From contig JBPCVJ010000001.1 of NCBI GenBank assembly GCA_051010635.1, positions 9,542 through 73,541 on the forward strand: a stretch of 64,000 nt of DNA, in the 5' to 3' direction. The stretch comes from Alphaproteobacteria bacterium (lineage in GTDB: Bacteria > Pseudomonadota > Alphaproteobacteria > JASGCL01). The notes under the pieces are model-generated. The model made no database searches, was not told the DNA's origin, and saw only the letters and a list, made by a program, of their open reading frames with translations. The translations under genes were made by a program, and so were the position numbers. Below are positions 20,831-30,732 of this stretch, piece after piece; position 1 is the stretch's first letter, and every line of letters begins with the position of its first letter.

Positions 20831-21514
20831 ATGATCGATAAAAAAAACCTTGTTATCGCTACTCACAACCAAGGCAAGTTGCGTGAATTTAAAGAATTAT
20901 TAATAAAAAGCGATTGCCATATTATGGCGGCTAAAGATTTTGCCATTCCTGAACCCAATGAAACTGGTAATACATTTATTGCCAATGCTGAATTGAAAAC
21001 CACAACGGTTAAGAATTGGTTTTTGCAACATGATAAAAATAATTTACCGCATTTTATTTTGGCTGATGATTCTGGTATTGAAATAACAGCTTTGCATGGT
21101 GCGCCAGGAATTTTTTCGGCACGCTGGGCGGGTAGAGATAAAAATTTTAATATAGCTATAGAACGCGTTAAGCAAGAATTATTAAAAAAAAATATTGCAC
21201 CAGAAAAATTAATGGCACCATTATTATCTGCAAATTTTTCTTGTGCTTTGAGTTTATTTGTATCGGCACAAAATAAAACATTATCGGTATTGGGTGTGGC
21301 GAATGGTTTTTTAAAATTCCCCCCAAGTGGTCATCAGGGTTTTGGTTATGATTCAATTTTTGTGCCGCAACCAGAAATGATAGGTCAAAAAAGAACCTTT
21401 GCTAATATGACCACAGCAGAAAAAGATAAAATAAGCCACCGCACCCATGCACTAAAATTATTGCTAGATGTATGCCAAAAAGAAAACATTGATTTTACTT
21501 TGCCAGATTTTTAA
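20831..21514 (+). CDS. rdgB: Non-canonical purine NTP pyrophosphatase (RdgB/HAM1)
   Basis: ATHNQGKLREF, ADDSGIEITALHGAPGIFSARWAG, GFGYDSIF and KISHR. Confidence 0.9.
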   Translation: MIDKKNLVIATHNQGKLREFKELLIKSDCHIMAAKDFAIPEPNETGNTFIANAELKTTTVKNWFLQHDKNNLPHFILADDSGIEITALHGAPGIFSARWAGRDKNFNIAIERVKQELLKKNIAPEKLMAPLLSANFSCALSLFVSAQNKTLSVLGVANGFLKFPPSGHQGFGYDSIFVPQPEMIGQKRTFANMTTAEKDKISHRTHALKLLLDVCQKENIDFTLPDF

Positions 21515-21887
21515 TTTTTCTTGTTAAGGCATAAAAACCATTTCGCCTTGTTTGGCTTAAATGTTCGGTAAGTTTAATAGAAGCAAATGTTTTTTCAAAA
21601 TCTAATTGTTGTAATTGGTCTTTGGTTTTGCCATTGGCGATGGTTAAAGTTAAAGCTATTAAGCCCTTGACGATCATTGCATCTGATGTGCCGTGGAAAA
21701 AAAATTGCCCGTTTTTTTCATTGGCAACCAACCAAACATTACTCATGCAACCTGTTACTTTGTTTTGTTCGGTTTGCCATTTTTCAGGAAAAACTGGCAA
21801 GGCTTCCCCTGCCTCAATAATGGTTTGGTATCGATCTTGCCAATTGGTTAAAGATTCTAAATCGGTAATAATTTGTTTATTCAGCAT
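21495..21887 (-). CDS. sufE: SufE/CsdE-family sulfur acceptor
   Basis: 130 aa with NKVTGCMSNVWLV, which contains the conserved Cys loop. Confidence 0.85.
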   Translation of the reverse strand: MLNKQIITDLESLTNWQDRYQTIIEAGEALPVFPEKWQTEQNKVTGCMSNVWLVANEKNGQFFFHGTSDAMIVKGLIALTLTIANGKTKDQLQQLDFEKTFASIKLTEHLSQTRRNGFYALTRKIKNLAK

Positions 21888-22211
21888 TTATTTTTTGGGA
21901 AAATTAATTATCTGCCCCATTGTTTTATCATCTGTATTGTTATCAATTGTGGGATTATTTTCCATCATGTTAGAAGCCAAATTTATTATGATATCGTAAT
22001 TTGTATGGGTATTGATAAGTGGAAATAATGCATTGTAGCCACCATGGCGGTAACGAATTAAACCCGATGGTTTTCTAAAAAAAACCGATGGTTGATAATG
22101 GGCATTTGATTTATTGGTGTTTTTTTTATTTTTGTTAAGGTTTGACAATGAAGCGGATGATGGTGTGGGCGGTAATAGAGGGGTAAGTGTTTTGGGTAGT
22201 TTTTTGTTCAT
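21888..22211 (-). CDS. Hypothetical protein; its stop abuts the sufE start
   Basis: 107-aa ORF whose N-terminal half is low-complexity Pro/Ser/Asn/Lys. I recognised no motif. Confidence 0.35.
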   Translation of the reverse strand: MNKKLPKTLTPLLPPTPSSASLSNLNKNKKNTNKSNAHYQPSVFFRKPSGLIRYRHGGYNALFPLINTHTNYDIIINLASNMMENNPTIDNNTDDKTMGQIINFPKK

Positions 22212-22377
22212 AGGTTGGTATCTCCTTTTTTTTGTTTATAAACAATTTTATATCAAACTATATTTATTGCAAGGAAAAAAATTGCTTGTTTTATTTATTT
22301 ATTTTTGCTAGCCATATTGGGAATGATTTTATGCAAAATAGAATATACAAACTAAATGTAAGAAGGAGTATTCACCC

Positions 22378-22671
22378 ATGACGCGTCGTTGTGAATTAAC
22401 TGGTAAAACCGTGCAATTTGGTAATAGGCGTAGCCATGCCGAAAATAAGACAAGGCGTGTTTTTCGCCCTAACTTGCATACACAACGACTTTATTCTGAT
22501 GTTTTGTCGCGTGAAATAAAATTGCGTATTTCGACTCATGCACTTCGCACTGTTGACCGCAAGGGCGGCATTGATCAATTTTTGCTGGCTATTAATGATA
22601 GCCAGTTATCAAAGCAAGCGTTGGATGTAAAAAAATCTATTGTTAAGTTAATCATGAAAAGAAAAAAATAA
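22378..22671 (+). CDS. rpmB: 50S ribosomal protein L28
   Basis: MTRRCELTGKTVQFGNRRSHAENKTRRVFRPNL, preceded by an AAGGAG RBS. Confidence 0.95.
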   Translation: MTRRCELTGKTVQFGNRRSHAENKTRRVFRPNLHTQRLYSDVLSREIKLRISTHALRTVDRKGGIDQFLLAINDSQLSKQALDVKKSIVKLIMKRKK

Positions 22672-22683
22672 TTTTTTATTTTT

Positions 22684-23139
22684 TTATTCAAGAGACTTGG
22701 CACGGGTTAAAAAAGCTGTAGTCATTTTTTTTATGGCTTGGTTAAAAAATGGTGCAAATAATTTTTCAGTTATGATTGATGAAAAAGTCAGTGATACCGA
22801 AAAATGAACTTCGCATTCATTGTCATTGATTTTATAAAATAGCCAATGGCTATCCATTGTAGAAAGAGGCCCCTGACTTGTGCCTTTGGTTATAATTTCT
22901 TTTTTTTTATCATCAAAGAAAACCTTTGAACGAAATTTTTCCCGTATTGTTTTGAATCCTACTAATAGGTCGGCAATAAAAAAATCTTCACCGTTTTCAA
23001 TAATATGCGCCGATAAACACCACGGCAAAAATTCAGGGTAATGTTTAACATTTTTCACAATGTTATAAAATTGCTGGTGCGTAAGCGAATCGCTAAGAGC
23101 AATAATGCGTTTTTCTTGGTGATGAAACTTCCTTACCAT
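22684..23139 (-). CDS. SRPBCC/START-fold protein (RatA / CoQ-binding COQ10-like)
   Basis: 151 aa with VKHYPEFLPWC, characteristic of the polyketide_cyc2/COQ10 family. Confidence 0.75.
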   Translation of the reverse strand: MVRKFHHQEKRIIALSDSLTHQQFYNIVKNVKHYPEFLPWCLSAHIIENGEDFFIADLLVGFKTIREKFRSKVFFDDKKKEIITKGTSQGPLSTMDSHWLFYKINDNECEVHFSVSLTFSSIITEKLFAPFFNQAIKKMTTAFLTRAKSLE

Positions 23140-23167
23140 ATTGTTGTTGTAAGTTTTAAAAAATATT

Positions 23168-25783
23168 TTATGCAGGGGTTGGTATATTAGTCATTGCCAT
23201 TTTTTTATTTTTTGTTGGCGGAAATAAAATAAGTGCAAGGTCAAGCGTAAAATTTTTTGCATCGGTGCCTGCCGCCAATTTAGCAAATTTTTTGTGTGTT
23301 TTTCCTTGCTTGCCAATTTTTTGCCATTCTAAATAATATCCCCAGCGACCAAGTTTGATGATGATATTACCGCCATCGGGGTGTTCTCCTATTATACGCT
23401 GTTTGGTTCTTTTTTTTGGTGCATTGGCAATGATATCAATCGCCCGATTCAAATCTATATCAAGAATATTGTCATGTTTTTTTAGAGAATAATAATCTTC
23501 CCCCATTTTTAGATAGGCACCATAAGGACCAATCGCACCGATAATATTTTTTTGACTATGAGGGTCTGTGCCAATGGTGCGCGGCAATGATAATAATTTT
23601 ATTGCTATGGATAAATTAATGTTAGATGGTTTATAGGTTTTTGGAATGGCGATGCGTTTTGGTTTTGGTTTTTTTGATTTTTTATTTTGGGGTGTTTGAT
23701 GGTTTATCATATCAAGTGCTTGTTCAATGTAAAGTCCGTAAGGACCTTTTTTTATATTGATATTGCGACCATTTTCATCTTGCCCTAATAATTTTGGTAA
23801 TATCATGCCATCAATAGTTTCAATCGGTTGTTGTGTGGTTGTTTGGTTTTCAAAATCTGCTCGGTAATCACAATTTGGATAATTTGAACAAGATAGATAA
23901 GGACCAAATTTTCCTAATTGTAAATTTAATTTCCCATTGGTGCATTTTTGGCATTTTTGGTTTTTATCTTTTATTGTGTCATCACCGAAAATAAAGTTAT
24001 GCAGGATAGTTTGTATTTCAGTTTGTATATCTGCATGCAATAGGTTATCGCTATTGCTTAATTTTTTTGTAAAATTTTGCCAAAAATGGTGTAATAATTC
24101 TTGCCAATCATATTTGCCATTGGCAACTTCATCCAAATCGTCTTCCATTTTAGCCGTGAAATCATAATTAAAATATTCATTATAGTAACGGGTTAAAAAA
24201 GTTGATAATATGATACCACGATTTTCACAAAAGAATTTCTTTTTATCTTGCCTTACATATTCACGATCTTGTAATATTTTTATGATGTTGGCATAGGTTG
24301 AGGGGCGACCGATCCCTATGTCTTCCATTTTTTTTATTAAGCTTGCTTCATTATAGCGTGGCGGCGGTTCGGTAAAATGTTGGGTTAAGTCAATTGTATT
24401 AATCAAAGCAGGAGCATTCAATTTTAGAGGCGGTATATGATTAGATTTTTTATCTGTGGCATCATCTTTTCCTGTTTGATATAATTTCAAAAATCCATCA
24501 AACAATATGGTCTGCCCATTGGCTGTTAAGGTTAGCGCATTATCGTTGACTGCAAAATGAGCGGTGGTTTGATTCAAAATGGCTGATGCCATTTGTGATG
24601 CTAGGGTGCGTCGCCAGATTAATTTATAAAGCAGAAGTTGTTCGGGGCGTAAATATCGTGCAACATCATTTGGCGTGCGATTAATATTGGTTGGGCGAAT
24701 GGCTTCGTGTGCTTCTTGGGCGTTTTTGCTTTTGGTTTTATATTGGCGTGGGCTGGGTGGTAAATAATTTTGGCTGTAATGTTTTTGAATATAATGGCGT
24801 GCCGCGGCAATGGCACTGCCGCTTAATTGTGTGCTATCGGTGCGCATATAACTAATCAAACCGACCGTGGTATTGCCAAGCCGTATGCCTTCATAAAGTT
24901 GTTGTGCTATTTTCATGGTGTAAGATGCATTAAAACCTAATTTATGATTGGCTTCTTGTTGTAAGGTTGATGTGATAAAGGGTGGGGCAGGGTGGCGATG
25001 GATTTCCTTATTATCTAATTTTTGTAAAATAATTTTTGCGTTTTGTATTTGTGTTTTATATTTTGTTGCCATTTCTTTATTTTTGATAGCAAGCCGTTCT
25101 AGCCGTTTGCCATTTTGATGGCTTAGAAATGCGTTCAAACAAATATTGGGGCTATTTTCATTTTCGCCGATTGTTAGTAAATTTGTATCAAGCGACCAAT
25201 ATTCATTAGGTTGAAAATTTTTAATTTCTATTTCACGCTCAACCAATAATCGCAAAGCAGTGGATTGCACCCGCCCTGCCGAACGACTGCCCGGTAATTT
25301 ACGCCATAAGATAGGCGACAGACTATAACCCACCAAATAATCAAGCGCCCGCCGTGCCAGATAGGCGGCAATTAAATTTTTGTTAAGATGGCGTGGTTGC
25401 GCCATGGCCTCCATGATGGCTTGTTCGGTAATTTCATGAAATATTATTCTTTGTGGTGTAGTATTCGGCATTTTTTTTCTGCGAATTAATTCTTCGGTTA
25501 AATGCCACGAAATTGCTTCGCCTTCACGGTCAGGATCGGTGGCAAGATATAGGCTTGTATGGGGCGTGATGGCATCGATGATATTTTTTATTTGTATATT
25601 GCCCTTTGGGCTGACCGACCATGTCATTGAAAAATTATTATCAGGATTAACCGAACCACTTGTTTTTGCCAAATCGCGTATATGCCCCATGCTGGCAATA
25701 ACATAAAAATCTTTACCAAGATATTTGTTGATGGTTCGTGCCTTAGATGGCGATTCAACGATGACCAATTTGTTGGCTGGCAT
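23168..25783 (-). CDS. topA: DNA topoisomerase I
   Basis: LVIVESPSKA (Toprim), the active-site region SYMRTDS, and C-terminal Cys4 zinc-ribbon repeats. Confidence 0.97.
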   Translation of the reverse strand: MPANKLVIVESPSKARTINKYLGKDFYVIASMGHIRDLAKTSGSVNPDNNFSMTWSVSPKGNIQIKNIIDAITPHTSLYLATDPDREGEAISWHLTEELIRRKKMPNTTPQRIIFHEITEQAIMEAMAQPRHLNKNLIAAYLARRALDYLVGYSLSPILWRKLPGSRSAGRVQSTALRLLVEREIEIKNFQPNEYWSLDTNLLTIGENENSPNICLNAFLSHQNGKRLERLAIKNKEMATKYKTQIQNAKIILQKLDNKEIHRHPAPPFITSTLQQEANHKLGFNASYTMKIAQQLYEGIRLGNTTVGLISYMRTDSTQLSGSAIAAARHYIQKHYSQNYLPPSPRQYKTKSKNAQEAHEAIRPTNINRTPNDVARYLRPEQLLLYKLIWRRTLASQMASAILNQTTAHFAVNDNALTLTANGQTILFDGFLKLYQTGKDDATDKKSNHIPPLKLNAPALINTIDLTQHFTEPPPRYNEASLIKKMEDIGIGRPSTYANIIKILQDREYVRQDKKKFFCENRGIILSTFLTRYYNEYFNYDFTAKMEDDLDEVANGKYDWQELLHHFWQNFTKKLSNSDNLLHADIQTEIQTILHNFIFGDDTIKDKNQKCQKCTNGKLNLQLGKFGPYLSCSNYPNCDYRADFENQTTTQQPIETIDGMILPKLLGQDENGRNINIKKGPYGLYIEQALDMINHQTPQNKKSKKPKPKRIAIPKTYKPSNINLSIAIKLLSLPRTIGTDPHSQKNIIGAIGPYGAYLKMGEDYYSLKKHDNILDIDLNRAIDIIANAPKKRTKQRIIGEHPDGGNIIIKLGRWGYYLEWQKIGKQGKTHKKFAKLAAGTDAKNFTLDLALILFPPTKNKKMAMTNIPTPA

Positions 25784-25961
25784 AGTTTTAATTTTATAAT
25801 ATTGATAAGTTATAAAATATAAGTATTGTTATGATTTTGATTGCGCATAGTTATTTTTTTTGTTAAGGGTAATAGACGATAAAAAAATATTGCAGTTAAG
25901 AAAATATTTTTAGAAATACAAACATATATTATTTATAAAAAATAACCAAGAAAATAGCAAC

Positions 25962-27017
25962 ATGAAAAAATATAAAATCGCCGTGGTTGGTGCGACTGGC
26001 AATGTGGGGCGTGAAATGTTGAATTTGTTGCTGGCACGAAACTTCCCTTGTGATGAAATTTTTGCTGTAGCCTCGTCTCGCTCGGTTGGGCAAAAGCTTG
26101 AAATTACGGTTGATAATTTAGAAGAAAAAAAAGAATATTTGGTGCATGATTTAGAAAAATTTGATTTTAAGGGAATTGATATTGTTTTTTCATCACCCGG
26201 TGCTAGTGTTGCAAAAACATTTGTGCCGCGTGCTACCGCTTCGGGATCGGTGGTGATTGATAATACCTCTTATTTTCGTATGGCAGACAATGTGCCATTG
26301 GTGGTGCCTGAGGTTAATGGTGAAGTGTTAAAAAATTTTTATCAAAATAATAAAACTAGAATTATTGCTAACCCAAATTGTTCAACCATTCAATTGGTGA
26401 TGGTTTTAAAACCGATTCATGATTTGTTTGGTATCAAGCGGGTGGTTGTGGCTACTTATCAATCGGTATCGGGCACTGGCAAGGAAGCGATGGATGAATT
26501 ATTTTATCAAACGCGTGCGGTTTTTAATCAAGAAAATTTTGAACCAAATATTTTTCCCAAACAGATAGCTTTTAATTGTATTCCGCATGTAGATAGTTTT
26601 TTGACAGATGGTTCTACTAAGGAAGAATGGAAAATGTCGGTTGAGACAAAAAAAATTATAGGTGATGATACGATTCATTTGATAGCAACCTGTGTGCGGG
26701 TGCCAGTTTTTGTTAGCCATGCTGAGGCTGTTTTTGTTGAATGTCATCAGGCGATTGATTTATCAAAAATTCGTTCGGTGTTGGCGTCGTCGTCTGGTGT
26801 TGTGGTATATGATAGGCATGAACCATCGGGTTATGCTACGCCAATTGATACTGCGGGCGAAGATGCGAGTTTTGTTAGTCGGTTGCGCATTGACCCGACT
26901 GTTAAAAATGGTTTGGCATTTTGGTGTGTTAGTGATAATTTGCGAAAAGGTGCGGCATTAAATGCGATACAAATAGGCGAGACGCTTATTCAAGATAATT
27001 TTGGTGGTTTATCATAA
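25962..27017 (+). CDS. asd: Aspartate-semialdehyde dehydrogenase
   Basis: IAVVGATGNVGREM, NPNCSTI (active-site Cys) and SDNLRKGAALNA. Confidence 0.95.
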   Translation: MKKYKIAVVGATGNVGREMLNLLLARNFPCDEIFAVASSRSVGQKLEITVDNLEEKKEYLVHDLEKFDFKGIDIVFSSPGASVAKTFVPRATASGSVVIDNTSYFRMADNVPLVVPEVNGEVLKNFYQNNKTRIIANPNCSTIQLVMVLKPIHDLFGIKRVVVATYQSVSGTGKEAMDELFYQTRAVFNQENFEPNIFPKQIAFNCIPHVDSFLTDGSTKEEWKMSVETKKIIGDDTIHLIATCVRVPVFVSHAEAVFVECHQAIDLSKIRSVLASSSGVVVYDRHEPSGYATPIDTAGEDASFVSRLRIDPTVKNGLAFWCVSDNLRKGAALNAIQIGETLIQDNFGGLS

Positions 27018-27028
27018 TAGGATTTGTT

Positions 27029-27583
27029 ATGGTGCGCAAATTATCAATTAGTAAAAAAAATTTATCGTTAATTTTGCCGATAGTGGCGGGTGTTATTTTG
27101 TTTGACCAATTAAGCAAAAAATTGGTGATTGATTATTTGCAAGCTGTTGGGGTGGAACAAAAAATTAATAATTTTTTTAATTTGGTATTGATAAAAAATA
27201 CTGGCATGGGTTTTGGTTTTTTGCAAGATTACCATCTGCCACCATTGATTATTATTTTTTTAACCGCATTGGTGGCACTGGTTGCCTTGGTAGTTTTTTG
27301 GGGTGCCAATGGATTGCGTTTGAAAGTGGCATTGAGCATAGCCTTGGCAGGTGGTATTAGCAATGGGGTTGATCGTGTGGTGCATGGTGGGGTGATTGAT
27401 TTTTTGGATTTTCACTATGGCAATTTTCATTGGCCAAGTTTTAATTTTGCTGATAGTGCAATATCAATAGCCATTTTTTTATTATTTTTGGAAATTATTT
27501 CAAATGATGGTCGGCGTAAGCATCGTATAAATCGTTCTGGTCGTAGCCGTTCAACAAGGCGTTCGATGCAAAAACGGCGTTAA
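27029..27583 (+). CDS. lspA: Lipoprotein signal peptidase II with an Arg-rich C-terminal tail
   Basis: NTGMGFG, ISNGVDRVVHGGVIDF and FNFADSAI. The tail reads RRKHRINRSGRSRSTRRSMQKRR. Confidence 0.9.
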   Translation: MVRKLSISKKNLSLILPIVAGVILFDQLSKKLVIDYLQAVGVEQKINNFFNLVLIKNTGMGFGFLQDYHLPPLIIIFLTALVALVALVVFWGANGLRLKVALSIALAGGISNGVDRVVHGGVIDFLDFHYGNFHWPSFNFADSAISIAIFLLFLEIISNDGRRKHRINRSGRSRSTRRSMQKRR

Positions 27584-27659
27584 TTTTATAACCATGGCAA
27601 ATATTTTTTTTCATATAAATATTGCTAAAAATTGATTGACAAGATATAGCAAATATTGT

Positions 27660-27734
27660 GGGTGGTTAGCTCAGCGGTAGAGCATCTCGTTTACATCGAG
27701 GCGGTCGGGGGTTCGATCCCCTCACCACCCACCA
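27660..27734 (+). tRNA. tRNA-Val (anticodon UAC)
   Basis: Hand-folded cloverleaf with acceptor gggtggt/accaccc, anticodon loop ttTACat, T-arm ggggg-ttcgatc-ccctc, discriminator A and an encoded CCA. Confidence 0.92.
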
Positions 27735-27767
27735 CGATAGGTTATGGATGAAAAACTATTATAAAAG

Positions 27768-28205
27768 ATGATAAAAAAAATATATAATTTTTTATGGCAA
27801 CGATGGTTTCGTTTGCGGCGACCTTTGCGGTTTTTACTGGTTGGTGGGTTTAATAATCTTTCTGCATATGGTTTGTTTACTTTATTGATTTTATTATTGG
27901 GAAAAGAAAAATATCAAATGGCATTGATTTTAGATTATGTTTTGTCTTCTTTTGTGTCTTTTACCACGCAAAAAATTTTTGTGTTTGCCGATAAAATAAC
28001 CAATGTAAAAAAAATGGCACGACAATATATGGGCGCGGCGGTAACATGGGTGATAGCTTATGGTATCAATGTCGTTGTGCTTTATTTGTTGGTTGATGTT
28101 TTATTCATCAATGTTTATTTATCACAATTTTTGGCATTGACATTGATAGCATTTTCTAATTATTATGGTTTGAAAACATTCGCCTTTAAGCATACAAAAA
28201 TATAG
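27768..28205 (+). CDS. GtrA-family membrane protein
   Basis: 145 aa with four predicted TM helices and an N-terminal LRFLLVGGFNNLSAYGLF, typical of GtrA-like proteins. Confidence 0.7.
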   Translation: MIKKIYNFLWQRWFRLRRPLRFLLVGGFNNLSAYGLFTLLILLLGKEKYQMALILDYVLSSFVSFTTQKIFVFADKITNVKKMARQYMGAAVTWVIAYGINVVVLYLLVDVLFINVYLSQFLALTLIAFSNYYGLKTFAFKHTKI

Positions 28206-28298
28206 TTTTTGTTTTTTTAAAAAATAAATTCCTTGTTACCATGGTGATAGAGTATAAAAATTGGCATTGTTTATTTTAAATAATTTTTAAAAAATGTC

Positions 28299-29876
28299 AT
28301 GTCAGTAAATAAATTTATTTATATGTATTTAGCTGATTATCTTGATCAGTATCATATAAAAATTGTGTGGGCTTCTTTGCTTGCCAATTATATTACTGGT
28401 TTTAATAACAAAGAATTAAATTATATTTTGTTAGGAAAAGATTTTGTCAATTCATCAATGATAGAAAAAAATTTGCTTAATGGTTTGTCTATGGGCGAAA
28501 TAGCTGGTTTGTATGAATTTTCGCTCGCCCATTGTAATAGCAAGGCAAGAAAGCTGGCTGGTCAATATTTTACCCCCGATGATGTGGCGGCGGTGATGGC
28601 AAAAAAAGCGATAAAAAATTTTTCTGATGGTTATCAAAAAAATAAAATTTGGTGTGATCCTTGCGTTGGCATTGGCAATTTGGCTTATTACCTTATTGCC
28701 AATCAAAAAAATCCCGAAAGTTTTTTACAAAAAAATATTTTTTTTATTGATAAAGATCGATTGGCACTTTTTATTGCACGAACACTTTTGACAATAAAAT
28801 TTCAGCAAAAAAATAAAAATTTATTTTGGGATATTAAAAAAAAATTTATAACCGCTGATTTTTTGCTAAATCATGATGTGCCAAATTTTGATTATGCATT
28901 GTTTAATCCGCCCTATGGTAAAATTGATAAAACAACATCTCGGCAATTTATTTCGTCAGATATTTATGCTCAATTTATTGAAGCTGTCATAAAAAAAATT
29001 GCCCATCGGGGTGGAGGGTTTGTTTCTATTACGCCACAATCTTTTACCCATGCCGAAAAATTTTTTCATTTAAGAAAATTATTATTGTCATCTGGTAAAA
29101 AACTTACTATCTATAATTTTGATAATGTGCCTGATAATATTTTTTATGGTAAAAAATTTGGCAGTGGTAACAGCAATCAAGTTAATAGCACGCGTGCCGC
29201 CATTACCATTTTTCATCACCGCATAAAATTTGATAAAGCAATTTATTTTTCTATCACGCCATTGCTAAGATGGCGAACAGCCGAACGATCGCAATTATTG
29301 GCATCAATTGATAGCTTTCTTACAATTTTTGAAAATCCACAAGCAAAAATTTTTCCAAAAATGCAAGCAGAGTTAAAAGATATTTATTATTTGATGTTGG
29401 GTAAAAAAACCCTTTCTACTGTATTAAGTAAAATGCCGACCGATTATTTTTTATTTGTGCCAACCACGCCACGCTATTTTATTTCTGCGTTGCGTTATCG
29501 CCCGCATCGCACAAGTTGCCGTATGCTTTATTTTGTTGATAGTGATAGTCGTGACATTGCTTATATTTTGCTCAATAGTAGTTTTTGCTATTGGTGGTGG
29601 CGTGTGCATGATGGTGGTATGACTTTATCAAAAAAAACTTTACACAGCTTACCCTTTTTATTGCAATCCCCCCCGCCACTAACCATTTTAAAAGAATTGC
29701 AATTATCAGAAAAAAACAATAAGGTTATAAAAAAAAATGCGGGGCATGATAATGAAAATGTTAAACATTCGCCAAGCCTAATAGATTTGCTTAATCGCCA
29801 AGTGGCTAAAAATTTTTGCAATGTTCAATATGATGGGCAAATGTTTTTGTCATTGCACCATAATACCGTGTTATGA
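28299..29876 (+). CDS. N6-adenine DNA methyltransferase, gamma-class (Eco57I/TaqI-like) with a C-terminal target-recognition region; no adjacent nuclease
   Basis: The motif order is GQYFTPDDV (X), DPCVGIGNL (I) and ALFNPPYG (IV), followed by about 300 aa of TRD-like sequence. The gene is very AT-rich. Confidence 0.8.
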   Translation: MSVNKFIYMYLADYLDQYHIKIVWASLLANYITGFNNKELNYILLGKDFVNSSMIEKNLLNGLSMGEIAGLYEFSLAHCNSKARKLAGQYFTPDDVAAVMAKKAIKNFSDGYQKNKIWCDPCVGIGNLAYYLIANQKNPESFLQKNIFFIDKDRLALFIARTLLTIKFQQKNKNLFWDIKKKFITADFLLNHDVPNFDYALFNPPYGKIDKTTSRQFISSDIYAQFIEAVIKKIAHRGGGFVSITPQSFTHAEKFFHLRKLLLSSGKKLTIYNFDNVPDNIFYGKKFGSGNSNQVNSTRAAITIFHHRIKFDKAIYFSITPLLRWRTAERSQLLASIDSFLTIFENPQAKIFPKMQAELKDIYYLMLGKKTLSTVLSKMPTDYFLFVPTTPRYFISALRYRPHRTSCRMLYFVDSDSRDIAYILLNSSFCYWWWRVHDGGMTLSKKTLHSLPFLLQSPPPLTILKELQLSEKNNKVIKKNAGHDNENVKHSPSLIDLLNRQVAKNFCNVQYDGQMFLSLHHNTVL

Positions 29877-29959
29877 TGTGATAAAAAAATTGTTTGACAA
29901 TTTTTTTAATATTGTTTAGCAAGCATTATAGAATTGACGATAGGGGGTATAATATATTT

Positions 29960-30709
29960 ATGAAAATTTTGATTCCTATAAAACGGGTGATTGAAGCCAA
30001 CACCAAGGTGCGGGTTAAGGCTGACCAAAGCGGTGTTGAGTTGAATAATATCAAGATGGATATGAATCCATTTTGTGAGATAGCGGTTGAGCAAGCTATA
30101 AGGTTGGTTGAAGCCAAAGTGGCAACTGAGGTGATATTGGTATCGGTTGGCACCGCACAGGCACAAGAAACTATCCGTAAGGGTTTGGCAATGGGGGCTG
30201 ATCGTGGTATTCAAATTACCGCCGAACATGAAACCGAAAATTTATTGGTGGCAAAATTATTGGCGGCGGTTGTCAAAAAAGAAAATCCCGGTCTTATTAT
30301 TTTGGGTAAGCAAGCGATTGATGATGATGCCAATCAAACGGGTCAGATGTTGGCGGCATTGCTTGATTGGTCTTCGGCAACTTATGTATCAAAATTAGAT
30401 ATTAAGGGTGATATGGCTGAGGTGACGCGTGAAGTTGATGGTGGGTTAGAAATTGTGAATGTTAAAATGCCGACCGTGTTGACGGTTGATTTGCGCCTCA
30501 ACGAACCACGCTATACTACTTTACCAAATATTATGAAGGCAAAAAAGAAACCGATAGAAACTTTGACAGCTGATGACTTGGGTGTTAAGATGTCGCCGCA
30601 TATAAAAACTCTGAAGGTTATTGAACCAAAATCGCGTGGTGGTGGAGTTAAGGTTAAAACCGTGGGCGAGTTGGTAAAAAAATTACACGAAGAAGCTAAA
30701 GTTATTTAA
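29960..30709 (+). CDS. etfB: Electron transfer flavoprotein beta subunit
   Basis: MKILIPIKRVIEANTKVRV and GKQAIDDDANQTGQMLA. The start is trimmed to the ATG at 29960, behind an AGGGGG RBS. Confidence 0.94.
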   Translation: MKILIPIKRVIEANTKVRVKADQSGVELNNIKMDMNPFCEIAVEQAIRLVEAKVATEVILVSVGTAQAQETIRKGLAMGADRGIQITAEHETENLLVAKLLAAVVKKENPGLIILGKQAIDDDANQTGQMLAALLDWSSATYVSKLDIKGDMAEVTREVDGGLEIVNVKMPTVLTVDLRLNEPRYTTLPNIMKAKKKPIETLTADDLGVKMSPHIKTLKVIEPKSRGGGVKVKTVGELVKKLHEEAKVI

Positions 30710-30732
30710 TTCATCATGAAAGGAAGCATCTT

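Noticed and set aside
27636-27641. A TTGACA upstream of tRNA-Val, considered as its promoter
   Set aside because: With a 17-nt spacer the -10 element and the TSS would fall inside the mature tRNA, and no alternative well-spaced -10 is present.
27584-29960. A tRNA-Val-linked genomic island carrying gtrA and the methyltransferase
   Set aside because: There is no integrase, no direct repeat of the tRNA 3' end downstream, and no mobility genes. I kept only the weaker statement that the MTase is solitary and compositionally atypical.
29942-29962. A leaderless etfB mRNA, suggested by a TATAAT 6 nt before the ATG
   Set aside because: No acceptable -35 or extended -10 element accompanies it. The adjacent AGGGGG is better explained as the Shine-Dalgarno sequence.
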